Shown piece after piece: positions 1 through 8,502 of a DNA stretch of 64,000 nt (position 1 is its first letter; every line of letters begins with the position of its first letter). A program made the translations under genes and the position numbers. The notes beneath the pieces are model-generated. The model saw nothing but the letters and a program-made list of their open reading frames with translations, was not told the DNA's origin and searched no databases. The stretch is taken from positions 13,500-77,499 of the forward strand of contig CAITXU010000002.1 in the NCBI GenBank assembly GCA_903896505.1, given 5' to 3'. This DNA comes from an uncultured Verrucomicrobiota bacterium. GTDB lineage: Bacteria; Verrucomicrobiota; Verrucomicrobiia; Limisphaerales; UBA9464.

Positions 1-2
1 GC

Positions 3-146
3 CTGATTGCCGTTGGAAAGCGGGACTGGCAGGCCCGGCTGCCGTATGGCCCGTTTATCGCGGTCGCCGCAGTGATCTGGGTGGTCAGCGGCCATCACTG
101 GTTGACGTGGTGGTTGGATCGAGCCGGGGCAGGGGCTGGATCGTGA
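3..146 (+). CDS. Prepilin (type IV leader) peptidase, C-terminal fragment; 5' end lies outside the window
   Basis: My own frame-3 translation reads LIAVGKRDWQARLPYGPFIAVAAVIWVVSGHHWLTWWLDRAGAGAGS*, with stop TGA at 144-146. The hydrophobic 'LPYGPFIA' tail resembles the C-terminus of A24 prepilin peptidases. Only 47 codons are visible. Confidence 0.45.
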   Translation: MIAVGKRDWQARLPYGPFIAVAAVIWVVSGHHWLTWWLDRAGAGAGS

Positions 147-214
147 AACGAGGCAAATGGGAGTGGCAGGCGGCGGGTTGATTTCAGAAGTAAACCGTTG
201 TTTGAAACTAGTGT

Positions 215-985
215 TTGACTTTGGGCGTCGCCGGTTTATCTCATGTGCAAGTGAGTGTGACGTCACAAGATACTGTCGAGGGGGCTTCCCCTCCAGATAC
301 GCGTCAACATCTTCTGGAGGCCGCCACCATGGTTTTTGCCGAGAAGGGATTTCGGGAGGCGACAATTCGGGAAATTTGTCAGCGTGCCGGGGCAAATGTG
401 GCAGCCGTGAATTATCATTTCCGGGATAAGGAGGGGCTGTACGAAGCGGTATTGACGGCCTGCCGGAATGATCACCGGAATCCGGAGAATCACCTGGCGA
501 TGGATTCAACGGTTCAGCCTGCGGTTCGACTGGAAGCTTATGTCCGATGGATGTTCCGCCGAGTGCTGGCCTTGGACCGGGAATTCCCGCTCGGGCAGAT
601 TCTCAATCGCGAGATGATCGAGCCAACGCCGGCTCTGAGCCGAATTGTGGAAGTCCATATTCGTCCCGAGGCACGCTGGCTGGCGAGCCTGATGAGGGAC
701 CTGTTGGGGCCTACTTTTTCACGGGACGAACTCTCGCGAGCCACCATGAGCGTGGTGGGGCAGATATTGTTCTATAAACATTGCAGCTCGGTGATCCATT
801 TCCTGGACGAGACCTTGATGCCCCGGCGGGACGACTTCGAAGCGCATGTTCGTCACGTCACCGAGTTCACCCTCGCCGCCACCGCCGGACTTCGGGCGCG
901 GAGGGAATCCGAAACCCCATTGACGGCCACGACTTTCGATTCCAGTTCTCCTGAGCCGTTCTGCAAGTCCCCCAACGTCCACTAG
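215..985 (+). CDS. TetR/AcrR-family transcriptional regulator
   Basis: An N-terminal HTH reads 'RQHLLEAATMVFAEKGFREATIREICQRAGANVAAVNYHFRDKEGLYEAVL'. Position 215 is TTG. In-frame GTGs at 245/251/257 are more likely starts. The gene lies directly upstream of an efflux operon. Confidence 0.85.
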   Translation: MTLGVAGLSHVQVSVTSQDTVEGASPPDTRQHLLEAATMVFAEKGFREATIREICQRAGANVAAVNYHFRDKEGLYEAVLTACRNDHRNPENHLAMDSTVQPAVRLEAYVRWMFRRVLALDREFPLGQILNREMIEPTPALSRIVEVHIRPEARWLASLMRDLLGPTFSRDELSRATMSVVGQILFYKHCSSVIHFLDETLMPRRDDFEAHVRHVTEFTLAATAGLRARRESETPLTATTFDSSSPEPFCKSPNVH

Positions 986-988
986 ACC

Positions 989-2137
989 ATGCTCCGCCTT
1001 GCCTTGAAAATGCTCCTGGGAGACCGCGCCAAGTACATCATGCTGGTGGGCGGTCTGACCTTTTCCGCCCTGCTGATGACCCAGCAGCGGGCTGTTTTCA
1101 CCGGTCTGGTTTCCTGGACCACCAGTCACATGCGCAACATGCGGGCGTCCATCTGGGTGGTGGAGCATCGTGTGGAACAGGTGAATGAAACCAAGGCCTT
1201 GAGGGATACGGATGTCAATCGGGTCCGCAGCGTTTCAACCGTCGATTATGCCGTTCCCCTCTTCCAAGGCGTCCTCAAGGCACGGGCTGCGGATGGTTCG
1301 GACAAGCAGATTCAGTTGATTGGACTCCATGCAGGAACCCTGAAGGGCCGTCCAACGGTCATGGTGGAAGGAGGAGAAGAAGGTTTGGAACGACTGCGAA
1401 TCGCCAACAATGTCGTGGTGGATGTTCTCGCCTCCAAGCGCCTGGCGGCAGGACTGGGACGGCCCCTCCAGATTGGCGATACCTTTGAGATCAACGATCG
1501 GGAAGCCCGGGTGGTGGGCATTTGTAAGACGGAACCCCATTTCTTTGGGTACCCCTACGTTTTCTCCAGCTACGACCAGGCGCTCCAGTACGCGCCCCGT
1601 CAGCGAAAGATGTTGTCGATGATCCTGGCCGAACCGAAAGAGGGCCATTCGGCGGAAGAGGTCGCACAGCAGATTTCAAATGAGACCGGTCTGCGGGCAT
1701 ACACCGTGCCCGAATTTGAAAAGGCGACGGTTGACTGGGTGTGGAAAAACACCGGCATTCCCGTCAGTTTTTTAACCACGATCATCCTTGGATTTGTGGT
1801 CGGTGTGGCGGTGGCCGGTCAGACCTTTTATTCGTTTGTTTTAGAGAATTTAAAACATTTGGGGGCTCTCAAGGCAATGGGCGCCAGCAATGGCTTGATT
1901 TCTGCGATGTTGTTCGTGCAGGCCATGACCGTGGGGTTGATCGGATACGGGATGGGGGTGGGACTGACGGCCGTTTTTGGATTCATAGTGCGCCCCATCG
2001 GTCAGCCGCCATTTGTCATCAGCATTGAAACGCTGGTCGGTACGCTATTTTCCATTCTCGTGATATGCACTTTGGCTGCCCTTTTTGGAATTTTGAAGGT
2101 GGCGCGACTCGAACCGGCGGTCGTTTTCCGGGGCTAG
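989..2137 (+). CDS. ABC exporter permease, FtsX/MacB-type (DevC-like)
   Basis: The protein has an N-terminal TM helix, a large periplasmic loop, and three C-terminal TM helices ending '...LEPAVVFRG'. This architecture is typical of DevC/MacB-type permeases. An ABC ATPase gene follows 4 nt downstream. Confidence 0.8.
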   Translation: MLRLALKMLLGDRAKYIMLVGGLTFSALLMTQQRAVFTGLVSWTTSHMRNMRASIWVVEHRVEQVNETKALRDTDVNRVRSVSTVDYAVPLFQGVLKARAADGSDKQIQLIGLHAGTLKGRPTVMVEGGEEGLERLRIANNVVVDVLASKRLAAGLGRPLQIGDTFEINDREARVVGICKTEPHFFGYPYVFSSYDQALQYAPRQRKMLSMILAEPKEGHSAEEVAQQISNETGLRAYTVPEFEKATVDWVWKNTGIPVSFLTTIILGFVVGVAVAGQTFYSFVLENLKHLGALKAMGASNGLISAMLFVQAMTVGLIGYGMGVGLTAVFGFIVRPIGQPPFVISIETLVGTLFSILVICTLAALFGILKVARLEPAVVFRG

Positions 2138-2141
2138 ACTT

Positions 2142-2903
2142 ATGAAGACTGAAACCAACGGGTCCAATTCCAACGGTGCTGCATCGGAATTGGCGATCGA
2201 CGCCCGGTCGATCGTCAAAGTCTTCGGGTTGGGTGATGCCCGGACGGTTGCTCTCAAGGGGGCCAACTTTTCGGCCCGCCAGGGAGAGCTTCATCTGGTG
2301 GTCGGGCCCTCTGGTTGCGGGAAAACGACGCTCTTGAGCGTGGTAGCCGGTACTCTCAACTGGGACGAGGGGAAGGTGCAGGTCTTTGGTACCAGCTTGG
2401 ACGGCATGAAACGGTCGGAAATCACCGATTTTCGCCGCCGCAATGTCGGTTTCATCTTTCAACAATTTAATCTGATTCCAACTCTCAATCTGATCGAGAA
2501 CATCAGTGTTCCGCTCCTGCTGAATGGCATCCGACGTCGGACCGCTGAGGACAAGGCCGGTGAACTATTGAAGCGGGTGGGACTGGCGGGCAAGGAGACC
2601 AAGCGTCCCACCCAACTTTCCGGCGGCCAGCAACAGCGCGTGGCTATCGCTCGCGCCCTGGTCCATGAACCCCGACTGGTGATTTGTGATGAGCCCACCA
2701 GCGCCCTGGACAGCGAAACCGGGCATCAAATCATGGATTTGTTGACCACCGCCGCACGGGCGCCTGGACGTTGCGTGGTCATCGTGACCCACGATCCGCG
2801 GGTCTACAGCTATGCGGATCGCATCACCCAAATGGAGGACGGACGGGTGATGGCCGTTCTTGATGGAGAACCTCTTCAACAATTTGTTCATTCCACTCAC
2901 TAA
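2142..2903 (+). CDS. ABC transporter ATP-binding protein (DevA/LolD/MacB-type)
   Basis: Walker A 'GPSGCGKTT', ABC signature '[15 protein letters not shown]' and Walker B '[12 protein letters not shown]' are all present. Confidence 0.92.
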   Translation: MKTETNGSNSNGAASELAIDARSIVKVFGLGDARTVALKGANFSARQGELHLVVGPSGCGKTTLLSVVAGTLNWDEGKVQVFGTSLDGMKRSEITDFRRRNVGFIFQQFNLIPTLNLIENISVPLLLNGIRRRTAEDKAGELLKRVGLAGKETKRPTQLSGGQQQRVAIARALVHEPRLVICDEPTSALDSETGHQIMDLLTTAARAPGRCVVIVTHDPRVYSYADRITQMEDGRVMAVLDGEPLQQFVHSTH

Positions 2904-2917
2904 CGATCGTTCACCGT

Positions 2918-3880
2918 ATGTTCATCCTGTTTAAACGCGTTTCATTCTACGTCGCGATCGCCGGAGTTGTGGCATCGCTCTACCTCGTTTGCGCCCAGAG
3001 TCAAAAACCCAAGGACCCAGGTCCGCTCTCGGCACCAGCCCGGTCCCCGTATTCCGACATGGTCGCGGCGACTGGATTGGTGGAAGCTTCTCGTGAGAAC
3101 GTTCGAATCGCCTCACCCAAGGCGGCATTGGTGACCAAGGTCTTTGTGAAAGTGGGCGACTCGGTCAAGGCCGGCGATTCGTTATTTCAGCTCGATGACC
3201 GCGAGCCTCTCGCTCGCATTGCGAGTTTGCAGGCCTCCCTGACGGCAACGGAGGCCCAATTGGGGATCGATGAGAACCAAGTGGCGGACCTTGCAGACCA
3301 GTTGAAACGCATCGCCCGGCTCGAAAAGGACAAGGTGGCCACCGAGGACGAACTCCGGCGCCGTGAATTTGGTTTGAAAGGGGCAGAGGCTCGACTGATT
3401 TCCACCCGGGCACAGGTCGAGACCATCCGTGCCCAACTTCAGGAAGCCAAGGTGGAAGCCTCGGTGTTGACGGTGCGGGCTCCGCGGGATGGCAAATTGC
3501 TCCAGGTCAATGTCAGGGAAGGGGAATTCGCCCCCGCTGCGGCACTGACCGATCCACTCATGTTGCTGGGAGACGTGGACCGGTTGCAGGTGCGTGCGGA
3601 AGTGGACGAGCAGAATGCGGTTTTGGTCGCTCCGAACCAACCTGCCGAAGCAACCTTGAAAGGAAATTCCCGCATGAAGATGCCACTCCGGTTTGTCCGG
3701 ATTGAACCATATGTGGTCCCCAAGCGGAGTTTGACGGGAGACAGCCTGGAGCGGGTGGATACCCGGGTATTGCAGATAATCTACGAGTTCGATCAGCCCA
3801 AATTCCCGGTTTATGTCGGTCAGCAGGTGGATGTATTCATCCAGAGGGCAGGTCCCATCGCCGACTCGACCAAACCGTGA
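2918..3880 (+). CDS. HlyD-family periplasmic adaptor / membrane-fusion protein (DevB-like)
   Basis: An N-terminal TM helix is followed by a long coiled-coil segment (ASLQASLTATEAQL...IRAQLQEAKVE). A beta-barrel motif 'VRAPRDGKLLQVNVREGEF' follows. The gene lies between the ABC genes and a TolC-like gene. Confidence 0.75.
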   Translation: MFILFKRVSFYVAIAGVVASLYLVCAQSQKPKDPGPLSAPARSPYSDMVAATGLVEASRENVRIASPKAALVTKVFVKVGDSVKAGDSLFQLDDREPLARIASLQASLTATEAQLGIDENQVADLADQLKRIARLEKDKVATEDELRRREFGLKGAEARLISTRAQVETIRAQLQEAKVEASVLTVRAPRDGKLLQVNVREGEFAPAAALTDPLMLLGDVDRLQVRAEVDEQNAVLVAPNQPAEATLKGNSRMKMPLRFVRIEPYVVPKRSLTGDSLERVDTRVLQIIYEFDQPKFPVYVGQQVDVFIQRAGPIADSTKP

Positions 3881-3931
3881 ATTGGAACCAGATATTGACA
3901 AAGTGTCAGTGACGTTCACTCTTTCTCTTGC

Positions 3932-5320
3932 ATGAACCTATTTGTGATGTCGATGGGGTTGGCATTGCTGGCCGGAACCTCCGCTGCTGCGGTGACCAAT
4001 GCGCCCCCGTGGCCCACGGCGCCCCTGTCTTTGGGTGATGCCTTGGACACGGCGCTGGCGCAGAATCCGGCCATCCGCAAGGGGCGACAGGACATTGAGG
4101 AGGCCTACGGCGTTTCGATGCAATTGAGGTCCGCCGCTCTCCCAAAGCTGACGGGGACCGGCAATTATGGAGTCCTAGACCGGGGCAAGATTGAGAAACT
4201 CACCGTCGGTGGCGGCAATAGTTTCAGTTTTCGGACGGACGAATCCTGGAGTGCCGACTTGACCATCAGCCAGACCTTGATTGATGGAGGAAAGATGCGG
4301 TCGTCATTGCGGTCGGCCAAGTTGACCAAGGAAGCTGCGCTACGGAATTTCGAGTCCCTGGTGTCGGACACACTGCTGAATGTTCGAATCGCCGTGGCCG
4401 ATGTTCTACTGGATGCCGAATTGATCGTAACGCAGGAAGCTTCGGTCCATTTGCTGGAAAAGGAACTGACCGATACCCAACGACGGTATGATGCAGGAAC
4501 CGTTCCACAATTCAACGTCTTGCGGGCGTCCGTCGAACTCGCCAACGCCAAGCCGCGCCTGATCAAGGCTCGGAACGATTATCGAATCGCCAAGAACAAT
4601 CTCGCGACTCTCCTCGGCTATGACATCCCGTCCGGCATGGGGGAGGACATTCCCCTCGAAATCTCCGGCAAACTAGCCCCATCAACCAACGATGTTGAAC
4701 TGTCGACCTCCATTGCGAAAGCTTACCAGCAACGCCCGGAATTGGCGGCCGCGCGGACCAATGAACGGTTGCGTCACGAGGACATTGTTCAGGCCCGTTC
4801 CGACTATTATCCGAAGCTAAGTGGTCAGGCGGGATACGGATGGGCAAATCGGGTGTATGGGCCGAATGGAGGAAGCCCTGGTCTGGATGATGAAGTCCAT
4901 GGATGGAGTGTAGGATTGGTGGCCAACTGGAGTATTTGGGATTTTGGTCTGACCCAGGGAAAGGTCAAAGCCGCCAGGGCCACCCAAGAGAAAGCCCGCA
5001 TCGACGTCGACGACCTGTATCGGAAGGTGGAGCAAGAAGTTCGCACAGCGCACTCCACTTTGATCCAAGCACGGGAGACGTTGGAATCGCAGGGGAAGGT
5101 AATCGAGCAGGGGCAGGAAGCCTTGCGATTGGCTGTAGCGAGGTCAGAGGCAGGAACCGGAACCCAATTGGATGTTCTGAGTGCACAGACTGCTTTAACG
5201 GATGCCCGGACCACCTACGTCCAGGCAGAACATGATTTGGTCGTAGCCCAACAGCGATTGGCCCGGGCCATGGGAGAGGGAATCATGGTGCGTTCCGTAA
5301 CTTCCAGTTCTTCAAAATAG
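3932..5320 (+). CDS. TolC-family outer-membrane efflux protein
   Basis: A signal peptide is followed by two OEP-type repeats, 'LSLGDALDTALAQNPAIRKGRQDIEEA' and 'SIAKAYQQRPELAAARTNERL'. It is the last gene of the efflux operon. Confidence 0.8.
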   Translation: MNLFVMSMGLALLAGTSAAAVTNAPPWPTAPLSLGDALDTALAQNPAIRKGRQDIEEAYGVSMQLRSAALPKLTGTGNYGVLDRGKIEKLTVGGGNSFSFRTDESWSADLTISQTLIDGGKMRSSLRSAKLTKEAALRNFESLVSDTLLNVRIAVADVLLDAELIVTQEASVHLLEKELTDTQRRYDAGTVPQFNVLRASVELANAKPRLIKARNDYRIAKNNLATLLGYDIPSGMGEDIPLEISGKLAPSTNDVELSTSIAKAYQQRPELAAARTNERLRHEDIVQARSDYYPKLSGQAGYGWANRVYGPNGGSPGLDDEVHGWSVGLVANWSIWDFGLTQGKVKAARATQEKARIDVDDLYRKVEQEVRTAHSTLIQARETLESQGKVIEQGQEALRLAVARSEAGTGTQLDVLSAQTALTDARTTYVQAEHDLVVAQQRLARAMGEGIMVRSVTSSSSK

Positions 5321-5483
5321 CGGTCCCGAACCACCCCGTCCGCCAACGCGAAGCGAGTTGGCTGACCGCAGGTCTCCGGCCGGGCCGGAGTGCGATGGTT
5401 ATGCAGCTGTCCGCTCGTTTTTTGGGGGCGAGTTTTTGTTTCCGAAGGTTGACATTGGGTGGGGGGCGGATTGACCTTCGGGA

Positions 5484-6860
5484 ATGCCCGAAATCATTCC
5501 TGTCACGACCACGCGTCGTGATTTTCTCAAGAGCACGGGGACTCTTGCCGCCGCGACTTCGCTGGCTGGCATGACGATTCCTTTTGTCCATGCGGCCGAA
5601 AACAACACTATCCAGGTGGCCTTGGTCGGCTGCGGTGGTCGTGGAACCGGTGCTGCATCCAACGCACTTTCGGTCAAGAACGGTCCGATCAAGCTGGTGG
5701 CGATGGGAGATGTTTTCGACTACCGCCTCAAGTCCAGCTACGAGGGTTTGAGCGGAGAGTACAAGGAAAAGGTCGACGTTCCCGATGACCGCAAGTTCAT
5801 CGGCTTTGACGCTTACAAGCATGCGATGGATGCGCTTCGGCCCGGCGACGTGGTGATTCTGGCAACCCCGCCGGCTTTCCGCTGGGTTCATTTTACCTAC
5901 GCCATCGAAAAGGGGTTGAACGTGTTCATGGAGAAGCCGGTGACGGTGGATGGACCTACAAGCCGCCGGATGCTGGAGCTGGGAGCCAAATCGGTGCTGA
6001 AAAACCTGAAGGTGGGCGTCGGCCTGATGTGCCGTCACTGCCGCATTCGTCAGGAGTTGTTCACGCGCATTCAGGACGGCCAGATTGGCGACATCGTGGC
6101 TCTCCGTTGTTACCGGATGCACGGACCGGTCGGATCGGCCTTTTCCAACAAGAAGCCGGACAACATGAACAGCGAGCTGCTGTGGCAGATTTCCCGGTTC
6201 CATAGCTTCCTTTGGGCCAGCGGCGGGTGCTTCAGCGACTTCTACATCCATAACATCGATGAGTCGTGCTGGATGAAGAACGCCTGGCCGGTCGAGGCTC
6301 AAGCCTCCGGTGGACGGAGCAACCGCGGTGAGGCGGTCGACCAGAACTTCGACAACTACAACGTCGAATACACCTTCGCCGATGGTAGCAAACTGTTCCA
6401 CTACGGTCGGACGATGGGCGGCTGTCACGATCAGTTTGCCAGCTACGCCCATGGCAGCAAAGGCCTGGCGGTTATATCCAGCGAATCCCATGCGCCCGCC
6501 AAATCCCGGATTTACAAGGGACAAAAGCAGGACAACGCCAACGTGCTCTGGCGGGCACCGAAAGACGAACCCGATCCCTACCAATTGGAATGGGAAGACC
6601 TCATTGATGCCATTCGCAATGACAAGCCGTACAACGAAGTCAAACGGGGGGTCGAGGCGAGCCTCGTCGCTTCGATGGGGCGCATGGCCGCACACACCGG
6701 CCAAATCATCACCTGGGATGAAATCATGAATTCCACCCACGAATTCGCGCCAGGTCTTGACCAATTGACGATGGATTCCGTGGCCCCCATCCGTGCGGAT
6801 GCCAATGGTCGATATCCGGTGCCGCTGCCCGGCATTAACAAGCACCGCGAATACGCATGA
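5484..6860 (+). CDS. Gfo/Idh/MocA-family oxidoreductase with twin-arginine (TAT) signal
   Basis: TAT motif 'TTRRDFLKSTGTLAAATSLAG' and Rossmann motif 'IQVALVGCGGRGTGAA' are present. The 458 aa length is typical of periplasmic members of the family. Confidence 0.85.
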   Translation: MPEIIPVTTTRRDFLKSTGTLAAATSLAGMTIPFVHAAENNTIQVALVGCGGRGTGAASNALSVKNGPIKLVAMGDVFDYRLKSSYEGLSGEYKEKVDVPDDRKFIGFDAYKHAMDALRPGDVVILATPPAFRWVHFTYAIEKGLNVFMEKPVTVDGPTSRRMLELGAKSVLKNLKVGVGLMCRHCRIRQELFTRIQDGQIGDIVALRCYRMHGPVGSAFSNKKPDNMNSELLWQISRFHSFLWASGGCFSDFYIHNIDESCWMKNAWPVEAQASGGRSNRGEAVDQNFDNYNVEYTFADGSKLFHYGRTMGGCHDQFASYAHGSKGLAVISSESHAPAKSRIYKGQKQDNANVLWRAPKDEPDPYQLEWEDLIDAIRNDKPYNEVKRGVEASLVASMGRMAAHTGQIITWDEIMNSTHEFAPGLDQLTMDSVAPIRADANGRYPVPLPGINKHREYA

Positions 6861-6982
6861 GGCCCGAATCGGGAGGCACATCTGAGTTGAGCCCTGACGG
6901 TTCAACTCAGGTGAATTCAGGAAGTGGAAAGCCGTCGGAAGCCGCCTCCCCAAATGGTAGTGCCCCATCCTCTTTGGGGTGA

Positions 6983-7258
6983 ATGAGGTATTTGATGCGC
7001 CTGTATCCTGCGAACCAGAATTCGGTACTGAGCGCTTTGCATCGCATTCTTGCGTGGGTTTGCCTGTTGATATCGTTTGGAATTTTAGTCGGTATATCTA
7101 AAGACCGATCCATATTCCCAAGGACGATTGAAGAAATATTGCCCGCCTCTGCCGTCGGGCTCTTCGTGCTTTCCTGCGGAATCCTTCGTTCGAGATCGAT
7201 GATAGGCTGTGTGCTGGCGCTCTGGTCGCTGTACGTGTTTTTCCTACCCACCGTCTAA
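6983..7258 (+). CDS. Hypothetical small membrane protein (about 3 TM segments)
   Basis: The 91-aa ORF has three hydrophobic stretches: LAWVCLLISFGILVGI, AVGLFVLSCGIL and CVLALWSLYVFFL. It lies in a visibly AT-richer islet. No recognisable family, and an antisense ORF of similar size exists. Confidence 0.3.
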   Translation: MRYLMRLYPANQNSVLSALHRILAWVCLLISFGILVGISKDRSIFPRTIEEILPASAVGLFVLSCGILRSRSMIGCVLALWSLYVFFLPTV

Positions 7259-7313
7259 GGCCCAGAACTACCGATAATTTCGATGCCGAAATACAAAGGG
7301 ACAGGTCAAATGT

Positions 7314-7341
7314 TTGACATCCGTTTGCCCCTCGCTACATT
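7314..7341 (+). promoter_or_regulatory. Candidate sigma70-like promoter of the Y1-transposase homologue
   Basis: TTGACA at 7314-7319, a 16-nt spacer, then TACATT at 7336-7341. The ATG at 7348 lies only about 7 nt downstream, so the mRNA may be leaderless. Identified by pattern match only. Confidence 0.3.
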
Positions 7342-7347
7342 TCTCCC

Positions 7348-8406
7348 ATGCGACAGGCACGCTTGAAGTTGGATTCCTGTGTGGGAGCAGCGTACTACCA
7401 TTGCATCTCGCGGGTGGTGGAGCGGCGTCTCGCGTTTGGACCCAATGAGAAGGAGCAGTTTGTCCATTGGATGCAGGCGTACGCCGGGTTCTGCGGGGTA
7501 CGGGTGCTCACTTACTGCATCATGTCCAATCACTTCCATCTCCTGGTGGAGGTGTCTCAGCGTCCGGAGGTTCTCCCGGGGGATGAAGAGCTGTTGGGAC
7601 TCTATGCCCTGGTCCATGGGGACGATGCGGCTGAGAGTCAGCGCAAGCTGATGGTGAACTGGCCGGAGGAACAACGGCAGCAGTGGCGTACAGGGTTGTA
7701 CGCACAGATGTGGGATGTGAGTGCCTACATCAAGCTGCTCAAGCAACGGTTCACCCAGTGGTTTAACCGGTGGCATCGGCGCAAGGGCACTTTGTGGGAG
7801 GAACGCTTCAAGAGCGTGCTGGTGGAGGGGTCACGAGATTCCCTGGCCCGGGTGGCGGCGTACATCGACCTCAATCCGATTCGAGCCCGATTAACTGATG
7901 ACCCCAAGGAGTATCGCTGGAGTGGGTATGCCGCTGCGGTGGCGGGGTTGCGGGTGGCCAGGGAGGGGATTCGGGGCATCATCGACCCGAGTGACCGGGA
8001 AGAAAGCAATCTGACCGCGGCGATGGCCCGGTATCGGCTTTGGGTGTTTGGGGAAGGAATGACCGAAGGGGTTCAGGGAACCGATGGCCCGGCCATTCGG
8101 GCCGGGATATCTCCGGAGAAGGTCAAGGAAGTGTTCGCCCAGAAGGGAAAGCTGGGCTGGGGGGATTATGTCCGGTGTCGGGTGAGGTACTTTACCGATG
8201 GAGCGGTGATTGGCAGTCGGGGATGGGTGAATCAGGTCTTTGAAGACCATCGCCAGCGGTTTGGACCCAAGCGCAAGGATGGGGCGAGGCGGTTCAAGTT
8301 CCTGAACGAGGCTGATATCTTTGGGTTGAGGGACCTGAGGATCGATTGCGTCGTGATTTCTGGCGGGACCAACTCTACCTCACGGACAGCAAAGACCCCG
8401 GACTAA
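7348..8406 (+). CDS. IS200-like / REP-associated Y1 (HUH) tyrosine-transposase-domain protein with a ~150-aa C-terminal extension
   Basis: 'YHCISRVVERRLAF' is followed by the HUH motif 'MSNHFHLLVEV' and the catalytic-Tyr helix 'AAYIDLNPIRARL'. I found no terminal IS structures, so this looks like a single-copy, domesticated-type gene. Confidence 0.75.
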   Translation: MRQARLKLDSCVGAAYYHCISRVVERRLAFGPNEKEQFVHWMQAYAGFCGVRVLTYCIMSNHFHLLVEVSQRPEVLPGDEELLGLYALVHGDDAAESQRKLMVNWPEEQRQQWRTGLYAQMWDVSAYIKLLKQRFTQWFNRWHRRKGTLWEERFKSVLVEGSRDSLARVAAYIDLNPIRARLTDDPKEYRWSGYAAAVAGLRVAREGIRGIIDPSDREESNLTAAMARYRLWVFGEGMTEGVQGTDGPAIRAGISPEKVKEVFAQKGKLGWGDYVRCRVRYFTDGAVIGSRGWVNQVFEDHRQRFGPKRKDGARRFKFLNEADIFGLRDLRIDCVVISGGTNSTSRTAKTPD

Positions 8407-8502
8407 TCAAGTTGACCAGATTCGGGGTGAAATGAGGTGAACTCGGGCGCGACCCGCCGCCTTCGGCAAGTCTTTCCGAGCTGCGGTGGGTAGCTGCGGG
8501 CT

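Noticed and set aside
6882-6910. A 9-bp perfect hairpin after the Gfo-family gene, considered as an intrinsic terminator. The similar short GC hairpins at 55036-55052 (after aceE) and 16478-16503 (after the ABC-2 gene) were considered the same way.
   Set aside because: They have no adequate downstream T-tract, or the stems are short. I could not support them as terminators with confidence.
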